64,000 nucleotides of DNA from Candidatus Omnitrophota bacterium (lineage in GTDB: Bacteria; Omnitrophota; Gorgyraeia; Zapsychrales; Zapsychraceae): positions 105,386 through 169,385 of the forward strand of contig JADFXT010000001.1 of the NCBI GenBank assembly GCA_015233405.1, read 5' to 3'. Position numbers and translations under genes: made by a program. Positions within the stretch are counted from its first letter, which is position 1, and every line of letters starts with the position of its first letter. Shown here piece after piece: positions 19,594 through 29,516 of this stretch. The notes below the pieces were generated by a model, which made no database searches, was not told the DNA's origin, and was given only the letters and a program-made list of their open reading frames with translations.

Positions 19594-20646
19594 ATGAATA
19601 AAAATATAAAGAATTATATTAATAATTTAAAAAATGCTCGCCTGGATTCTTTTCTCATCACAAATGATTGTAATATCCGATATCTGACCGGCTTTGAGTC
19701 GTCGGAATCCTGGCTTTTGGTAAGCCGTAGAAAAGTTTTCTATATTACCGACGGCCGTTATGTTTCTGAGGCCAAGAAGCATTTAAATGGAATCGAAGTT
19801 CGTTGTTTTAAAAAGACGATGATCGACAGCGTCTATGAAATTCTTAAAGCTCAGAAGTCTCGACGAGTGGGGTTTGATAGCCGACATTTGAGCCATTTTT
19901 TATATAACAAACTTGAAGAAAAACGTCCCAAACAGATTTCTTTCATCGAGTGTAACGGCCTTATTGAGGAGATGCGTCAGATCAAGACTTCTGAGGAAAT
20001 CCTCAAGATTAAAAAGGCCCTTCAAATCCATCAAAAAACTCACCAATATCTAAAAAAGATCATCCAGCCTGGGGTTTCGGAGAGGGAGATTGCCTTACAA
20101 TTGGAGCAGTTTATCAAGAAAGAAGGCGCGGTGTTTTCTTTCCCGCCCATTGTCGCTTCTGGTCCGAATTCGAGCTATCCCCATGCCCAAATTACTTCTA
20201 GAAAACTTCAGAAAAATGACGTAATTCTCGTCGACATTGGAATAGACGTTGAAGGCTATAAGTCCGACTTGACACGTATGTTCTTTTTAGGTAGAATACC
20301 CCCGCTTGTTAAAGATATTTATCGAATTGTTCAAGAAGTTCAGAGAATAGCCATAGGTGAAATCCGCGATGGCGTAAAGGCCAATCAAGTTGATTATCTG
20401 GCACGTAAGTATCTTAAAAAACATAAGTTAGATAAACTTTTTATTCATTCTTTAGGGCATGGCGTTGGGTTAGAGGTTCATGAAGCCCCACGATTGTCCG
20501 CGAAGAGCGCAGCTATCTTAAAAGAAGGAATGGTTTTAACTGTAGAACCGGGGGTTTATCTCCCCGAGCAGTTTGGCATTCGCATCGAAGATATGGTGCT
20601 CGTAAGAAAAGACGCAGTGGAGGAGCTCAGTGACAATATCAATTAA
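19594..20646 (+). CDS. pepP: Xaa-Pro aminopeptidase (M24B)
   Basis: 350 aa; creatinase-like N-domain plus M24 metal ligands (DIG..V, HSLGHGVGLEVHE, EPG, IEDM). Confidence 0.9.
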   Translation: MNKNIKNYINNLKNARLDSFLITNDCNIRYLTGFESSESWLLVSRRKVFYITDGRYVSEAKKHLNGIEVRCFKKTMIDSVYEILKAQKSRRVGFDSRHLSHFLYNKLEEKRPKQISFIECNGLIEEMRQIKTSEEILKIKKALQIHQKTHQYLKKIIQPGVSEREIALQLEQFIKKEGAVFSFPPIVASGPNSSYPHAQITSRKLQKNDVILVDIGIDVEGYKSDLTRMFFLGRIPPLVKDIYRIVQEVQRIAIGEIRDGVKANQVDYLARKYLKKHKLDKLFIHSLGHGVGLEVHEAPRLSAKSAAILKEGMVLTVEPGVYLPEQFGIRIEDMVLVRKDAVEELSDNIN

Positions 20647-21196
20647 TGAAGTTGAATCAGGAATGGGGTTAATGATCGACGGGAACATTTATTTGGTCCT
20701 CGATTATAATCATGTCAAGCCGGGCAAGGGTGCCGCGTTCGTCCGTATCAGGATGAGAAATGTTAAGACGGACCAGGTCTTGGAACGCACATTTCGAACC
20801 GCTGACAGCCTTGAAGATGTTCCCTTAGAAGAACGCAAGCTGCAGAATCTTTATCGTAATGGGGATAATTGTATGTTTATGGACATGGCCAGTTATGAAG
20901 AAGTGGCCATTCCTGTTTCTATCATTGGTGAACAGATCCGTTTTCTTCAGGACCATTTGGTTGTCATCGGACTTTCCCACAATGATTCAATTCTAAAAGT
21001 GATCCTTCCTAATTTCATCGAAGCGGAAATTACTCATACGGAGCCTGGAATCAAAGGCGATTCTACGAAGGCCGGGGGTAAATTCGCGACGATCGACACC
21101 GGAACTGAGATTCAAGTCCCGCTTTTTATTAACGTCGGGGATTTTGTTAAGATCGATACCAGAACGGGAGATTACATCGAAAGGGTGAAAAGATGA
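20630..21196 (+). CDS. efp: elongation factor P
   Basis: 188 aa, GTG start; VKPGKGAAFVRIRMRN and TEPGIKGD motifs. Confidence 0.95.
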   Translation: MTISINEVESGMGLMIDGNIYLVLDYNHVKPGKGAAFVRIRMRNVKTDQVLERTFRTADSLEDVPLEERKLQNLYRNGDNCMFMDMASYEEVAIPVSIIGEQIRFLQDHLVVIGLSHNDSILKVILPNFIEAEITHTEPGIKGDSTKAGGKFATIDTGTEIQVPLFINVGDFVKIDTRTGDYIERVKR

Positions 21197-21654
21197 ATTT
21201 AAAAGAGATCAAAGAGATCATTAATCTTATGAACGAACATGGGTTAGCCGAAGTGGAGCTTGAGACGGACGGCACAAAGATCAAGCTGAAGAAGACCTCC
21301 TCGGGAGTCACTCAAGTTGTTCAAGCGGCACCGTTAGTCCATCCTACCATTATTGCCCAACCACCTGTTAAAGCCCAAGAATCCGTCGCGGCAGAAACCT
21401 CTTCAGGTAAAAAACAAGGAGAGATCAAGTCTCCGATGGTCGGGACATTTTACCGAGCCCCTTCTCCGGAAGCGGCACCTTATGTGGATGTCGGGCAGGT
21501 CGTTGAAATCGGTCAAGTGTTATGCATCGTAGAAGCGATGAAACTTATGAACGAGATCAAATCTGAAGTCCGAGGGAAAATCCTGGAAGTCAAAGTGGAA
21601 AATGCCCAGCCTATCGAATTCGGTCAAACCTTATTTGTTATTGAACCCATGTAA
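21193..21654 (+). CDS. accB: acetyl-CoA carboxylase biotin carboxyl carrier protein
   Basis: 153 aa; biotinylation motif CIVEAMKLMNEI. Confidence 0.95.
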   Translation: MNLKEIKEIINLMNEHGLAEVELETDGTKIKLKKTSSGVTQVVQAAPLVHPTIIAQPPVKAQESVAAETSSGKKQGEIKSPMVGTFYRAPSPEAAPYVDVGQVVEIGQVLCIVEAMKLMNEIKSEVRGKILEVKVENAQPIEFGQTLFVIEPM

Positions 21655-21686
21655 TTTAAAGAAAGATCCCTAAAGAGACCAAACTT

Positions 21687-23045
21687 ATGTTTTCAAAAGT
21701 TTTGATTGCTAACCGTGGAGAAATTGCTTTAAGAGTTATCCGTGCCTGCCGTGAATTAAGTATCCCCACCGTGGCTGTTTTTTCCGAAGCTGATAAAGAT
21801 TCTCTGCATGTCCGTTTTGCTGATGAGGCTGTTTGTATCGGGCCGGCCGCGAGTGCCGAGAGTTATTTGAATATTCCGGCTATTATTTCGGCGGCGGAAG
21901 TCACCGACGTGGAGGCCATTCATCCCGGATATGGTTTTTTATCCGAGAACGCGCATTTCGCAGAAATTTGTGAATCCTGCAATATCACATTTATTGGGCC
22001 GACGCCGGAAGCGATTCGGGCGATGGGCGATAAAGTTGTGGCTAAGGAAACCATGCGTAAGACAGGTGTTCCGCTGACTCCGGGCAGTAATGGTGTCATT
22101 AAAAATAAAGAAGAGGCGCTTAATCTTGCCAGGAAAATCAAATATCCCGTGATCATTAAGGCTGTTGCCGGAGGCGGTGGAAAAGGCATGCGCGTTTGCC
22201 ATAATGATATTACGCTGATCAATTCTCTTTCCATGGCGCAAAAGGAAGCTGGCGCTAATTTTGGGAACTCTGATGTTTATCTCGAAAAATATATTCAAGA
22301 TCCCCGTCATGTGGAATTTCAGATCGTAGCGGATAATTACGGAAACGTGATCCATCTCGGGGAGAGAGATTGCAGCATTCAACGGCGTCATCAAAAATTG
22401 ATTGAAGAATCCCCGTCGCCAGCCTTAGACCAGAAACTTAGAAAAAAGATGGGGGAATTTGCCGTCAAGGCGGCTAAAGCCGTGAATTATCGCGGCGTGG
22501 GAACCATTGAATTTCTTTTGGACTCGAACGGCGAGGATTTTTATTTCATGGAAATGAACACCCGTATTCAAGTCGAACATCCCGTTACGGAAATGGTCAC
22601 GGGCATCGATCTTGTGAAAGAACAAATTAAAATTGCGGCGGGTAAAAAGTTAAAGATCAAGCAGGAAGACGTGAAAATAACCGGTGCGGCGATTGAATGC
22701 CGTATCAATGCGGAAGATCCTTACAATGGGTTCATGCCTTGCCCGGGCAAGATTGAACAGCTCAATTTGCCTGGCGGCTTTGGTGTTAGAGTTGATACGC
22801 ATATTTATCCCGGATATAAAATCAGCCCTTATTATGACTCGATGGTCGCGAAATTAATCTGCCATGGGGTTAATCGGGAGGAAGCTATTAAAACCATGCG
22901 TCGGGCCTTGGAAGAATTTTATGTGAGCCCTATCAAGACCACGATTGGGCTTCATAGTGAAATTTTACGGAATTCCGCATTTCTCGAAGGCAATATTTCC
23001 ACGCACTTTTTGGAAAAAATGACCAAAAGCGACGGAGGCTCTTAG
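21687..23045 (+). CDS. accC: acetyl-CoA carboxylase biotin carboxylase subunit
   Basis: 452 aa; [33 protein letters not shown]. Confidence 0.97.
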   Translation: MFSKVLIANRGEIALRVIRACRELSIPTVAVFSEADKDSLHVRFADEAVCIGPAASAESYLNIPAIISAAEVTDVEAIHPGYGFLSENAHFAEICESCNITFIGPTPEAIRAMGDKVVAKETMRKTGVPLTPGSNGVIKNKEEALNLARKIKYPVIIKAVAGGGGKGMRVCHNDITLINSLSMAQKEAGANFGNSDVYLEKYIQDPRHVEFQIVADNYGNVIHLGERDCSIQRRHQKLIEESPSPALDQKLRKKMGEFAVKAAKAVNYRGVGTIEFLLDSNGEDFYFMEMNTRIQVEHPVTEMVTGIDLVKEQIKIAAGKKLKIKQEDVKITGAAIECRINAEDPYNGFMPCPGKIEQLNLPGGFGVRVDTHIYPGYKISPYYDSMVAKLICHGVNREEAIKTMRRALEEFYVSPIKTTIGLHSEILRNSAFLEGNISTHFLEKMTKSDGGS

Positions 23046-23401
23046 TGGCTGAAGTGGGACAATCCAATCCGGGGACTATTTTGATCCAGAAGAAAGTTAT
23101 CGCGGATATCGTTGCCTCCGCGTTAAAGGATTTAGACGGCGTGCGGTTGGCGGACAAGACTTTTCTCGACCAGTTATTGGAGCCGTTTACCAATCAAGAT
23201 GTCCCGCAGGTCGTAATCCGCGCGAATGATCAGAACCAAATAAGCCTGGATATTAAAGTTTGTGTGAGATATGGCTTACCTATTTCCGACGTAGCCAAGG
23301 AAATTCAAAGCGTTGTGCGAACGGCTCTTGAGAAAAACGTTGCCATTAATCTCAAGGAAATCAATGTCAGCATTCAAGGGCTTGAGAGGACTTCCACATG
23401 A
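23045..23401 (+). CDS. Asp23/Gls24 family envelope stress protein
   Basis: 118 aa, GTG start; the pattern VIADIVASALKDLDGV...VNVSIQGL matches Asp23. Confidence 0.82.
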   Translation: MAEVGQSNPGTILIQKKVIADIVASALKDLDGVRLADKTFLDQLLEPFTNQDVPQVVIRANDQNQISLDIKVCVRYGLPISDVAKEIQSVVRTALEKNVAINLKEINVSIQGLERTST

Positions 23402-24021
23402 GGTTTTTTAACCGGATCGCAGTTTTATTTTATGTGACGATCGTTCTTTTTATCGGGACGGTGATGGTGAGCTATGTTTTGCACTGGATTGATTTTCATG
23501 GCCTTGCGGTCACGCTCTATGCGTGCTATGTGGATTATAAGCTGAGGATGGTCATCGGTATTACCGGCGGAGTTCTTCTTTTTATTAATTTTATTTTTTA
23601 TAATATGTTTACCGTCAACGTTCACCGGGAAAAAATTATTGCCTTTGATAATCCGGCAGGACGCGTCCGGGTTTCCTTGATCGCGATGGAAGATATTGTT
23701 AAGAAAACCGTGATGAAATTAGGGGATGTCAATGAAGTCAAGTCGGATATTCGGGCGACCAAAAGAGGTTTACGCCTTAAGGTGCGGTTGTCCTTATGCT
23801 CGGAGGTGAACATCCCGGAATTTGCCTCCAAAATCCAGGAAACCATCAAAGATAAAATTCAAGATATGATCGGGCTCGACGAGCCTTTATATATTAGTAT
23901 TTATGTCGGAAAGATTCTTCTCCCTGACAAGATAAACCAGAAATCCGACGAAGATAGTGATCCAAACGACAGTGATAATCCTATGACTGCCAATATCCCA
24001 TTTCGTGGTTATCGAGCCTAA
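23398..24021 (+). CDS. membrane protein, AmaP-like (Asp23 membrane anchor) candidate
   Basis: 207 aa with two N-terminal TM helices, translationally coupled to the Asp23 gene. Family assignment rests on context only. Confidence 0.5.
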   Translation: MRFFNRIAVLFYVTIVLFIGTVMVSYVLHWIDFHGLAVTLYACYVDYKLRMVIGITGGVLLFINFIFYNMFTVNVHREKIIAFDNPAGRVRVSLIAMEDIVKKTVMKLGDVNEVKSDIRATKRGLRLKVRLSLCSEVNIPEFASKIQETIKDKIQDMIGLDEPLYISIYVGKILLPDKINQKSDEDSDPNDSDNPMTANIPFRGYRA

Positions 24022-24033
24022 AAGGAGAGAAAC

Positions 24034-25059
24034 ATGAAAAAGATTGGTATCTTGACCGGCGGGGCTGATTGTCCTGGACTCAATTCTGTCATTCGTTCGG
24101 TAGTTCGAAAAGCCGTGATGGAAGGGTTTGTGGTTACCGGCATTAAAAATGGCTGGAATGGCCTGATGGACGGGGATATGCGTATTTTGGACCTTCGTAT
24201 GACATCAGGAATCTTAGACCGCGGCGGTACAATTCTTGGAACAAGCCGGGTGGTTCCTCCTTTTGAGCCTGAGAAAATGAAGATCATCGCTGAGAATTTT
24301 AAACGAAGCGGTATGGACGCCCTCATTACCGTCGGCGGAGAAGATACCCTTAAGGTCGCACTCGATTTATATAAACAGTATGGTATTCCCGTAGTCGGGG
24401 TTCCCAAATCCATTGATAACGCGCTTTCCGGAACGGATTATGCTTTCGGATTTGATACCGCGGTCAATATCGCAACCGAATGCATTGACCGGCTTCATAC
24501 CACAGCCGAAAGCCATCATCGTATCATTGTTATTGAAGTCATGGGCCGTTATACCGGATGGATTGCATTGGAAGCGGGGATTGCCGGCGGGGCGAATATT
24601 ATCCTGGTTCCCGAGTATCCAATTGACATCGACCAGGTTTGCCAATCATTGAATGAGCGGCATAAACGAGGAAAGATGTTTAGCATTATCGTCGTTTCCG
24701 AAGGAGCTCGGGTCAAAGGTTATTCCTTGGAATCGTTTGGACCGGAACGCCGTAAATCAAGGCGCTCCAGCAATGTTAGCGAATTGATTGCAAATCTTAT
24801 TGAGGAAAAAACCGGTTATGAAACCCGGGTGAGCGTTCTGGGCCATATTCAGCGCGGAGGAACACCATCGGCATATGATAGGATTATCAGTACCCGCTTT
24901 GGTGTGCGGGCGGTTGAGCTCGTCAAGGAAAACCTCTTCGGTAAGATGGTCAGCCTCCATAATAATAAAATCCGCTATGTGAGCATTGAAGACGCCGTCA
25001 GAAAACGAAAAATGATCGATAAGGACCTGTACGAAATTTCGAAAGTATTCTCAGGATAA
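24034..25059 (+). CDS. pfkA: ATP-dependent 6-phosphofructokinase
   Basis: 341 aa; GILTGGADCPGLN, GGEDT, PKSIDNA, MGR, GHIQRGG. Confidence 0.93.
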   Translation: MKKIGILTGGADCPGLNSVIRSVVRKAVMEGFVVTGIKNGWNGLMDGDMRILDLRMTSGILDRGGTILGTSRVVPPFEPEKMKIIAENFKRSGMDALITVGGEDTLKVALDLYKQYGIPVVGVPKSIDNALSGTDYAFGFDTAVNIATECIDRLHTTAESHHRIIVIEVMGRYTGWIALEAGIAGGANIILVPEYPIDIDQVCQSLNERHKRGKMFSIIVVSEGARVKGYSLESFGPERRKSRRSSNVSELIANLIEEKTGYETRVSVLGHIQRGGTPSAYDRIISTRFGVRAVELVKENLFGKMVSLHNNKIRYVSIEDAVRKRKMIDKDLYEISKVFSG

Positions 25060-25061
25060 AA

Positions 25062-25625
25062 ATGAAAAACAAAGTCGAACAAATTTTTAGAGAATCCATC
25101 GATGTTAAGGAAAAAACCCTTAAGGCCAATCTTAATAATATAGTTTTAGCTTCCAAGGAAATTGTCCGGGCATTAAAAAAGGGCAAGAAAATTATCTTTT
25201 TCGGTAATGGAGGTTCGGCGGCAGACAGCCAGCATGCGGCTGCAGAGCTCGTCGGACGTTTTCAAAAAGAGCGCCGGGCGCTTCCGGCCATCGCTTTAAC
25301 GACCGATACGTCTATTTTAACAGCCCTCGGCAATGATTATTCTTTTGATATTGTGTTTAAACGTCAGATCGAAGCGTTAGGACAAAAAGGTGATGTCGCG
25401 TTTGGAATCTCAACCAGTGGAAATTCCCAAAATGTTGTCGAGGCGATCAAGCAAGCAAAGAAAATGGGATTAAAAACAATGTCTCTTTCTGGCCGGGATG
25501 GCGGCGCATTAGCCAAGCTTACGGATATCAGCATCATTGTTCCGGCGGAAAAAACGGCAAGGATCCAGGAATCCCATAGTTGTATTATTCACGCGATCTG
25601 CGAATTGGTGGAAAGCCAGTTTTAG
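25062..25625 (+). CDS. gmhA: phosphoheptose isomerase (SIS domain)
   Basis: 187 aa; FGNGGSAADSQHAAAEL, GISTSGNS. Confidence 0.9.
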   Translation: MKNKVEQIFRESIDVKEKTLKANLNNIVLASKEIVRALKKGKKIIFFGNGGSAADSQHAAAELVGRFQKERRALPAIALTTDTSILTALGNDYSFDIVFKRQIEALGQKGDVAFGISTSGNSQNVVEAIKQAKKMGLKTMSLSGRDGGALAKLTDISIIVPAEKTARIQESHSCIIHAICELVESQF

Positions 25626-25628
25626 CTT

Positions 25629-26126
25629 ATGAAAACGGTCAGTTTACGGAATAAAATTCTTTCATTGTCATCGCTCAAGAAAAGGATCGCTTCTTTAAGG
25701 CGTCAGGGGAAAACAATCGCATTTACTAATGGCTGTTTTGATATTATTCACGCCGGCCATGTGAGTTATCTGGAAAAAGCAAAAGGCCGTGACCGGATTT
25801 TGATCGTCGGATTAAACAGCGATTCTTCTGTACGGAAAATCAAAGGGCCCCAGCGGCCGATTGTCCCCGAGAAAGAACGATCGTTTGTTTTAGCGGCTTT
25901 AGCGTGTGTGGATTTTGTGACGATTTTTCAAGAAGAAACGCCGTATGATCTTATTAAGGCCATTGAGCCGGACATTTTGATTAAAGGCGCGGATTGGAAA
26001 GAAAAGACAGCGGTGGGAAGCGATATCGTAAGAAATCGCGGCGGGAAAGTGGAATATATCCGATATGTTCCCAATTGTTCTTCAACAAATATTATTAAGA
26101 GTATCCTAGAAAAGTGCGCAAAATAA
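25629..26126 (+). CDS. D-glycero-beta-D-manno-heptose 1-phosphate adenylyltransferase (RfaE domain II only)
   Basis: 165 aa cytidylyltransferase fold; TNGCFDIIHAGHVSYL. No kinase domain is attached. Confidence 0.85.
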   Translation: MKTVSLRNKILSLSSLKKRIASLRRQGKTIAFTNGCFDIIHAGHVSYLEKAKGRDRILIVGLNSDSSVRKIKGPQRPIVPEKERSFVLAALACVDFVTIFQEETPYDLIKAIEPDILIKGADWKEKTAVGSDIVRNRGGKVEYIRYVPNCSSTNIIKSILEKCAK

Positions 26127-26536
26127 AAGTTCGTGAAGATAGTTTGTACCGGATCATTGACGCGAATTTAAACCGTGCCAAAGAAGGATTAAGGGTCTGT
26201 GAGGACATTTGCCGGTTCGTCCTAGATGACAAAGCGGCGACAAAAGATTTTAAAAAGATCCGTCATCAGATCACGGAAACCATTTGTTCTTTGAAGCTTG
26301 TTGATATCATTCGATCGCGGGACATTGAAAATGATGTGGGGCGGCAGACGACGTCCACAGAATTAAAACGAGAAAAGGTCGCGGATATTTTTTTTGCTAA
26401 TGTCCAGCGCGTGAAGGAATCCATTCGCGTGTTGGAAGAATTTTTGAAATTATTTCATAAGGAGACGGCGCAGGATTTTAAGATGCTCCGTTATCGAATT
26501 TATGCAGTGGAGAAAAAAGTTACTCAAAGATTCTAA
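26114..26536 (+). CDS. ThiE-associated domain protein (function uncertain)
   Basis: 140 aa; the LYRIIDANLNRAKEGLRVCEDICRF pattern is one I recall from N-terminal extensions or neighbours of thiamine-phosphate synthase. It overlaps thiE by 35 nt in another frame. Confidence 0.5.
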   Translation: MRKIKVREDSLYRIIDANLNRAKEGLRVCEDICRFVLDDKAATKDFKKIRHQITETICSLKLVDIIRSRDIENDVGRQTTSTELKREKVADIFFANVQRVKESIRVLEEFLKLFHKETAQDFKMLRYRIYAVEKKVTQRF

Positions 26537-27173
26537 GTTATATCTTATCCTGGATACGGAAGTTTGCGGATATGGCCGGCTTTTGGATATTGCCAAAAAA
26601 GCATTTCGCGCGGGTGTTAATATCTTTCAGATTCGGGATAAAAGAGGCTCTGTCCAAGAGATGCTTTTGTTTTCTCAGAAAATGGTCAGGATGCTTAATA
26701 AGAAGGCCTTGTTCATTGTAAATGACCGTGTTGATGTGGCTTTGGCTGCTGATGCCGATGGCGTGCACGTCGGGCAAGAGGATTTGCCGTGTTCGGTTAG
26801 CCGGGACATTTTGGGAAGTGACAAACTGGTCGGTGTTTCCTGTCAAACCCTTCGGCATGTGGAAAGAGCACAGCAAGCTGGAGCGGATTATATCGGGTTT
26901 GGGTCTGTGTTTAAGACGTTGACAAAACCAGGCCGTCAGGCGATGGATTTAAATTTTCTCAAGCACATTGTCAAAGAAAGCCGGATTCCGTTATTCGCCA
27001 TCGGTGGAATTAATTTTGACAACATTTATTCTGTGACGCAAGCGGGAGTGAGCCGTGTTGCCATTTGTCGGGCGATTTGTCAGGCAAGGGATGTTGAACG
27101 GACAACGAAATCTTTTAAGGATTTTTTGGCTGGGAAAAAATATGGGATATCGGCGGGTATTTTGCGAGGGTAA
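26502..27173 (+). CDS. thiE: thiamine-phosphate synthase
   Basis: 223 aa; LYLILD, QIRDK, VNDRVD, GVHVGQED, FAIGGI. The stop codon lies inside the tRNA-Gly acceptor/D-arm. Confidence 0.9.
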   Translation: MQWRKKLLKDSKLYLILDTEVCGYGRLLDIAKKAFRAGVNIFQIRDKRGSVQEMLLFSQKMVRMLNKKALFIVNDRVDVALAADADGVHVGQEDLPCSVSRDILGSDKLVGVSCQTLRHVERAQQAGADYIGFGSVFKTLTKPGRQAMDLNFLKHIVKESRIPLFAIGGINFDNIYSVTQAGVSRVAICRAICQARDVERTTKSFKDFLAGKKYGISAGILRG

Positions 27174-27234
27174 TTCAATGGTAGAATGTCAGCTTCCCAA
27201 GCTGAGAATGCGGGTTCGATTCCCGTCCCTCGCT
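27164..27234 (+). tRNA. tRNA-Gly (anticodon CCC)
   Basis: Folded by hand: acceptor GCGAGGG/CCCTCGC, D-stem ATTC/GAAT, anticodon stem TCAGC/GCTGA with loop TTCCCAA, T-arm GCGGG-TTCGATT-CCCGT, discriminator T. No encoded CCA. Confidence 0.95.
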
Positions 27235-27882
27235 TATGTTTTGTTCTTTTGTATGGTTATAGGGCTGGTCAGTGGCTGCGCGGTAACGTCGACGCAATAT
27301 GTGACGGAATATCCTGAACCCGAACAGGGCGGCGTTTACCACAAGATCAAGCCTGGCGAGACGCTCTGGAGGATCGCCAAGACCTATGATGTGGCGATGG
27401 GCGATATTATTAAGGCCAATAGTATCCCGGATGGCGCACGCATTGAGCAAAATCAGTTGGTCTTGATCCCTGGTGCTCATCAAGTCAAGGATGTGGTCTT
27501 AGATACAGAGCAGACCAAAAATGAATTTGTCTGGCCGGTGACGGGCAAGGTCATTAAATATTTTCGGGAGTCCCGGGACGGTCTTGTGAATAAAGGGATT
27601 GATATTGAAACAGAGAAAGGCCAGCTCGTCGAGGCATCCCGGACCGGTAGAGTGGTTTTTGCGGATTATTTGCCCGGCTATGGTCGGACGGTCATTTTAG
27701 ATCACGGGGACGGATATTTTTCCGTGTATGCACATAATGCCAAGCTTTTAGTAAGATCAGGAGATTTCGTTCTTAAAAATAAAGATATTGCACGGGTGGG
27801 AGAAAGCCAGAATATTTCCTATGTGCATTTTCAAATTCGACACAGTGCTGTAGAGGATAATCCTCTTTATTATTTGCCATGA
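27208..27882 (+). CDS. LysM + degenerate M23 peptidase lipoprotein (NlpD-like)
   Basis: LysM (YHKIKPGETLWRIAKTY) and an M23 domain with NKGIDI in place of HxxxD, as in E. coli NlpD. The start is uncertain. ATG 27208 gives an ideal lipoprotein signal (MRVRFPSLAYVLFFCMVIGLVSGC) but lies inside the tRNA; the alternatives are 27241 and 27253. Confidence 0.78.
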   Translation: MRVRFPSLAYVLFFCMVIGLVSGCAVTSTQYVTEYPEPEQGGVYHKIKPGETLWRIAKTYDVAMGDIIKANSIPDGARIEQNQLVLIPGAHQVKDVVLDTEQTKNEFVWPVTGKVIKYFRESRDGLVNKGIDIETEKGQLVEASRTGRVVFADYLPGYGRTVILDHGDGYFSVYAHNAKLLVRSGDFVLKNKDIARVGESQNISYVHFQIRHSAVEDNPLYYLP

Positions 27883-29516
27883 AATATATCGATCTAGAAC
27901 ATAATTTTTTTGGACGGACGGACATTTTAAAGCTTTTAAAGCGGCGGGTCGTTGATCTTAAAGACGGCTATCGGCAGAATGTCGCCCTTTTAGGAAGTCC
28001 ACACGTCGGAAAAAGCTCGATCTTAAAGAATTTTATCTTGAATTTCGAAGATGAATGTATCACTTCCATTTATTTGGACCTCGAAAACAAGGACAGCCAG
28101 TATGTTTATTCCAAATTTTGTGGCAGCCTTCTTTTCAATCATCTTCAAAGTAAAGGGTTACCCGTCCAGGAAGATTTAAATCTTCTTTTAGAAACGGCCC
28201 AAAAACATATTCCTCAAACTGTTCAAGTCATTAAAAAAGTCCGTGAGGATTTTGCTCAAAGGAAATTGAAGGATTCCTTTTTGGGGCTCTTGACGTTGTC
28301 AGAGGTTTACACGAATGAAACTTCCAAATATTGTATTTTGATTCTCGACGAATTTCAGAATTTAGAGGATATCTTAGGAGAGCATGCCTTTCAAGACCTG
28401 GGCAAAAAAATCATGACCCAGAAAAAATGTTTTTATCTTTTTGCCAGCTCCTACAAAGCGGCGGCTCAGAAAATTTTGTCCGAGAAACTTTCTTTGTTGT
28501 TTGGGAATTTTGAGATGATCCACGTCGGGACGTTTGACCTAAAGACCAGCCAGGAATTCATCGCTCATAACCTTAAAGATGTAAAAGCCAGTGTTCAACT
28601 GAAGCATTTCTTGACGGATTTTACCGGTGGCCATCCGTTATATTTGAATCTTGTCTGTAAGGAATTGATGAATCTCAGCGCGGTTTATAAGCAGGATGAA
28701 ATTTATATGCCGCTGTTGGCACAAGCCGTGGAAAACACTCTTTTTAACCGTTGGGGGGTCATTAGCCGTCATTTTGAATTGATGATTAATGATCTATGCT
28801 ATGGAAAAGATAATCGTGTGGTGTCGTCGATCTTAATGGCGTTGTCCAATGGTCAACATAAACAGGAAGACATTTTTGAAAATACCGGAGTCAATAAGAC
28901 CCAAATCCGGCAGAAAATGACGCGGTTGATGGAGCAGGGGATTGTGGTCAAGAATGGCCAGTTCCATTATCTGCAGGACAAGCTTTTTAAATATTGGGTC
29001 AAATATGTGTATCAAAAAAGGCTTAAGGACGTTGAATTGTCGCCGGATAAACAGAAAAAAGAATTTAAAGAAGAGTTTGGCCGCTCGATGGAATCCATCC
29101 GCTTAAGTTCCAGCAGGGATTTTTCTTCGCGGGTTGTCGATCTGTTACATTGTTTCGATAACGAGTCGTTCGATCTTAATGGGCGGAAATATAAATTACC
29201 GGTTTTCCGGGAAGTCGTTCCTTTTAAACTTAAGAATGATGGTGGCGCTTCTTTAGACATGATCAAAGCAAAAACGGATGATTCCTGGTGGGTGATCGCT
29301 CTTAAGAAAGACAGCGTCGTCGAGAATGATGTCAACGCCATTATTTCTGAATCAAAACAATTGGGTGTCAAGCCGGACCGCTGCGTAATTATTTCTTTGG
29401 CGGACCTGGAGGAAAATGCCCGTTTGAAGGCGTTACAAGAAAAATTTTGGATTTGGAATGAAGGAGAATTAAATACGCTTTTAACCGTTTTCGACAAACC
29501 TTATATCTTAAAATGA
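27879..29516 (+). CDS. AAA/Arch_ATPase-like ATP-binding protein
   Basis: 545 aa; Walker A GSPHVGKSS, Walker B ILILDEFQ. Layout resembles the archaeal-ATPase/DUF234 family. Confidence 0.72.
   Translation: MKYIDLEHNFFGRTDILKLLKRRVVDLKDGYRQNVALLGSPHVGKSSILKNFILNFEDECITSIYLDLENKDSQYVYSKFCGSLLFNHLQSKGLPVQEDLNLLLETAQKHIPQTVQVIKKVREDFAQRKLKDSFLGLLTLSEVYTNETSKYCILILDEFQNLEDILGEHAFQDLGKKIMTQKKCFYLFASSYKAAAQKILSEKLSLLFGNFEMIHVGTFDLKTSQEFIAHNLKDVKASVQLKHFLTDFTGGHPLYLNLVCKELMNLSAVYKQDEIYMPLLAQAVENTLFNRWGVISRHFELMINDLCYGKDNRVVSSILMALSNGQHKQEDIFENTGVNKTQIRQKMTRLMEQGIVVKNGQFHYLQDKLFKYWVKYVYQKRLKDVELSPDKQKKEFKEEFGRSMESIRLSSSRDFSSRVVDLLHCFDNESFDLNGRKYKLPVFREVVPFKLKNDGGASLDMIKAKTDDSWWVIALKKDSVVENDVNAIISESKQLGVKPDRCVIISLADLEENARLKALQEKFWIWNEGELNTLLTVFDKPYILK

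Noticed and set aside
24018-24413. 131-aa minus-strand ORF
   Set aside because: It is antisense to pfkA, which has clear PFK motifs, so it is a shadow ORF. The same reasoning applies to 7690-8103 (antisense to rpsK), 21939-22394 (accC), 29012-29497 (ATPase), 46175-46609 (HAD) and 45161-45529.
27055-27207. Upstream extension of the NlpD-like ORF to ATG 27055
   Set aside because: It would overlap 119 nt of thiE and read through the whole tRNA-Gly gene, and the translated segment has no signal-peptide or domain character.
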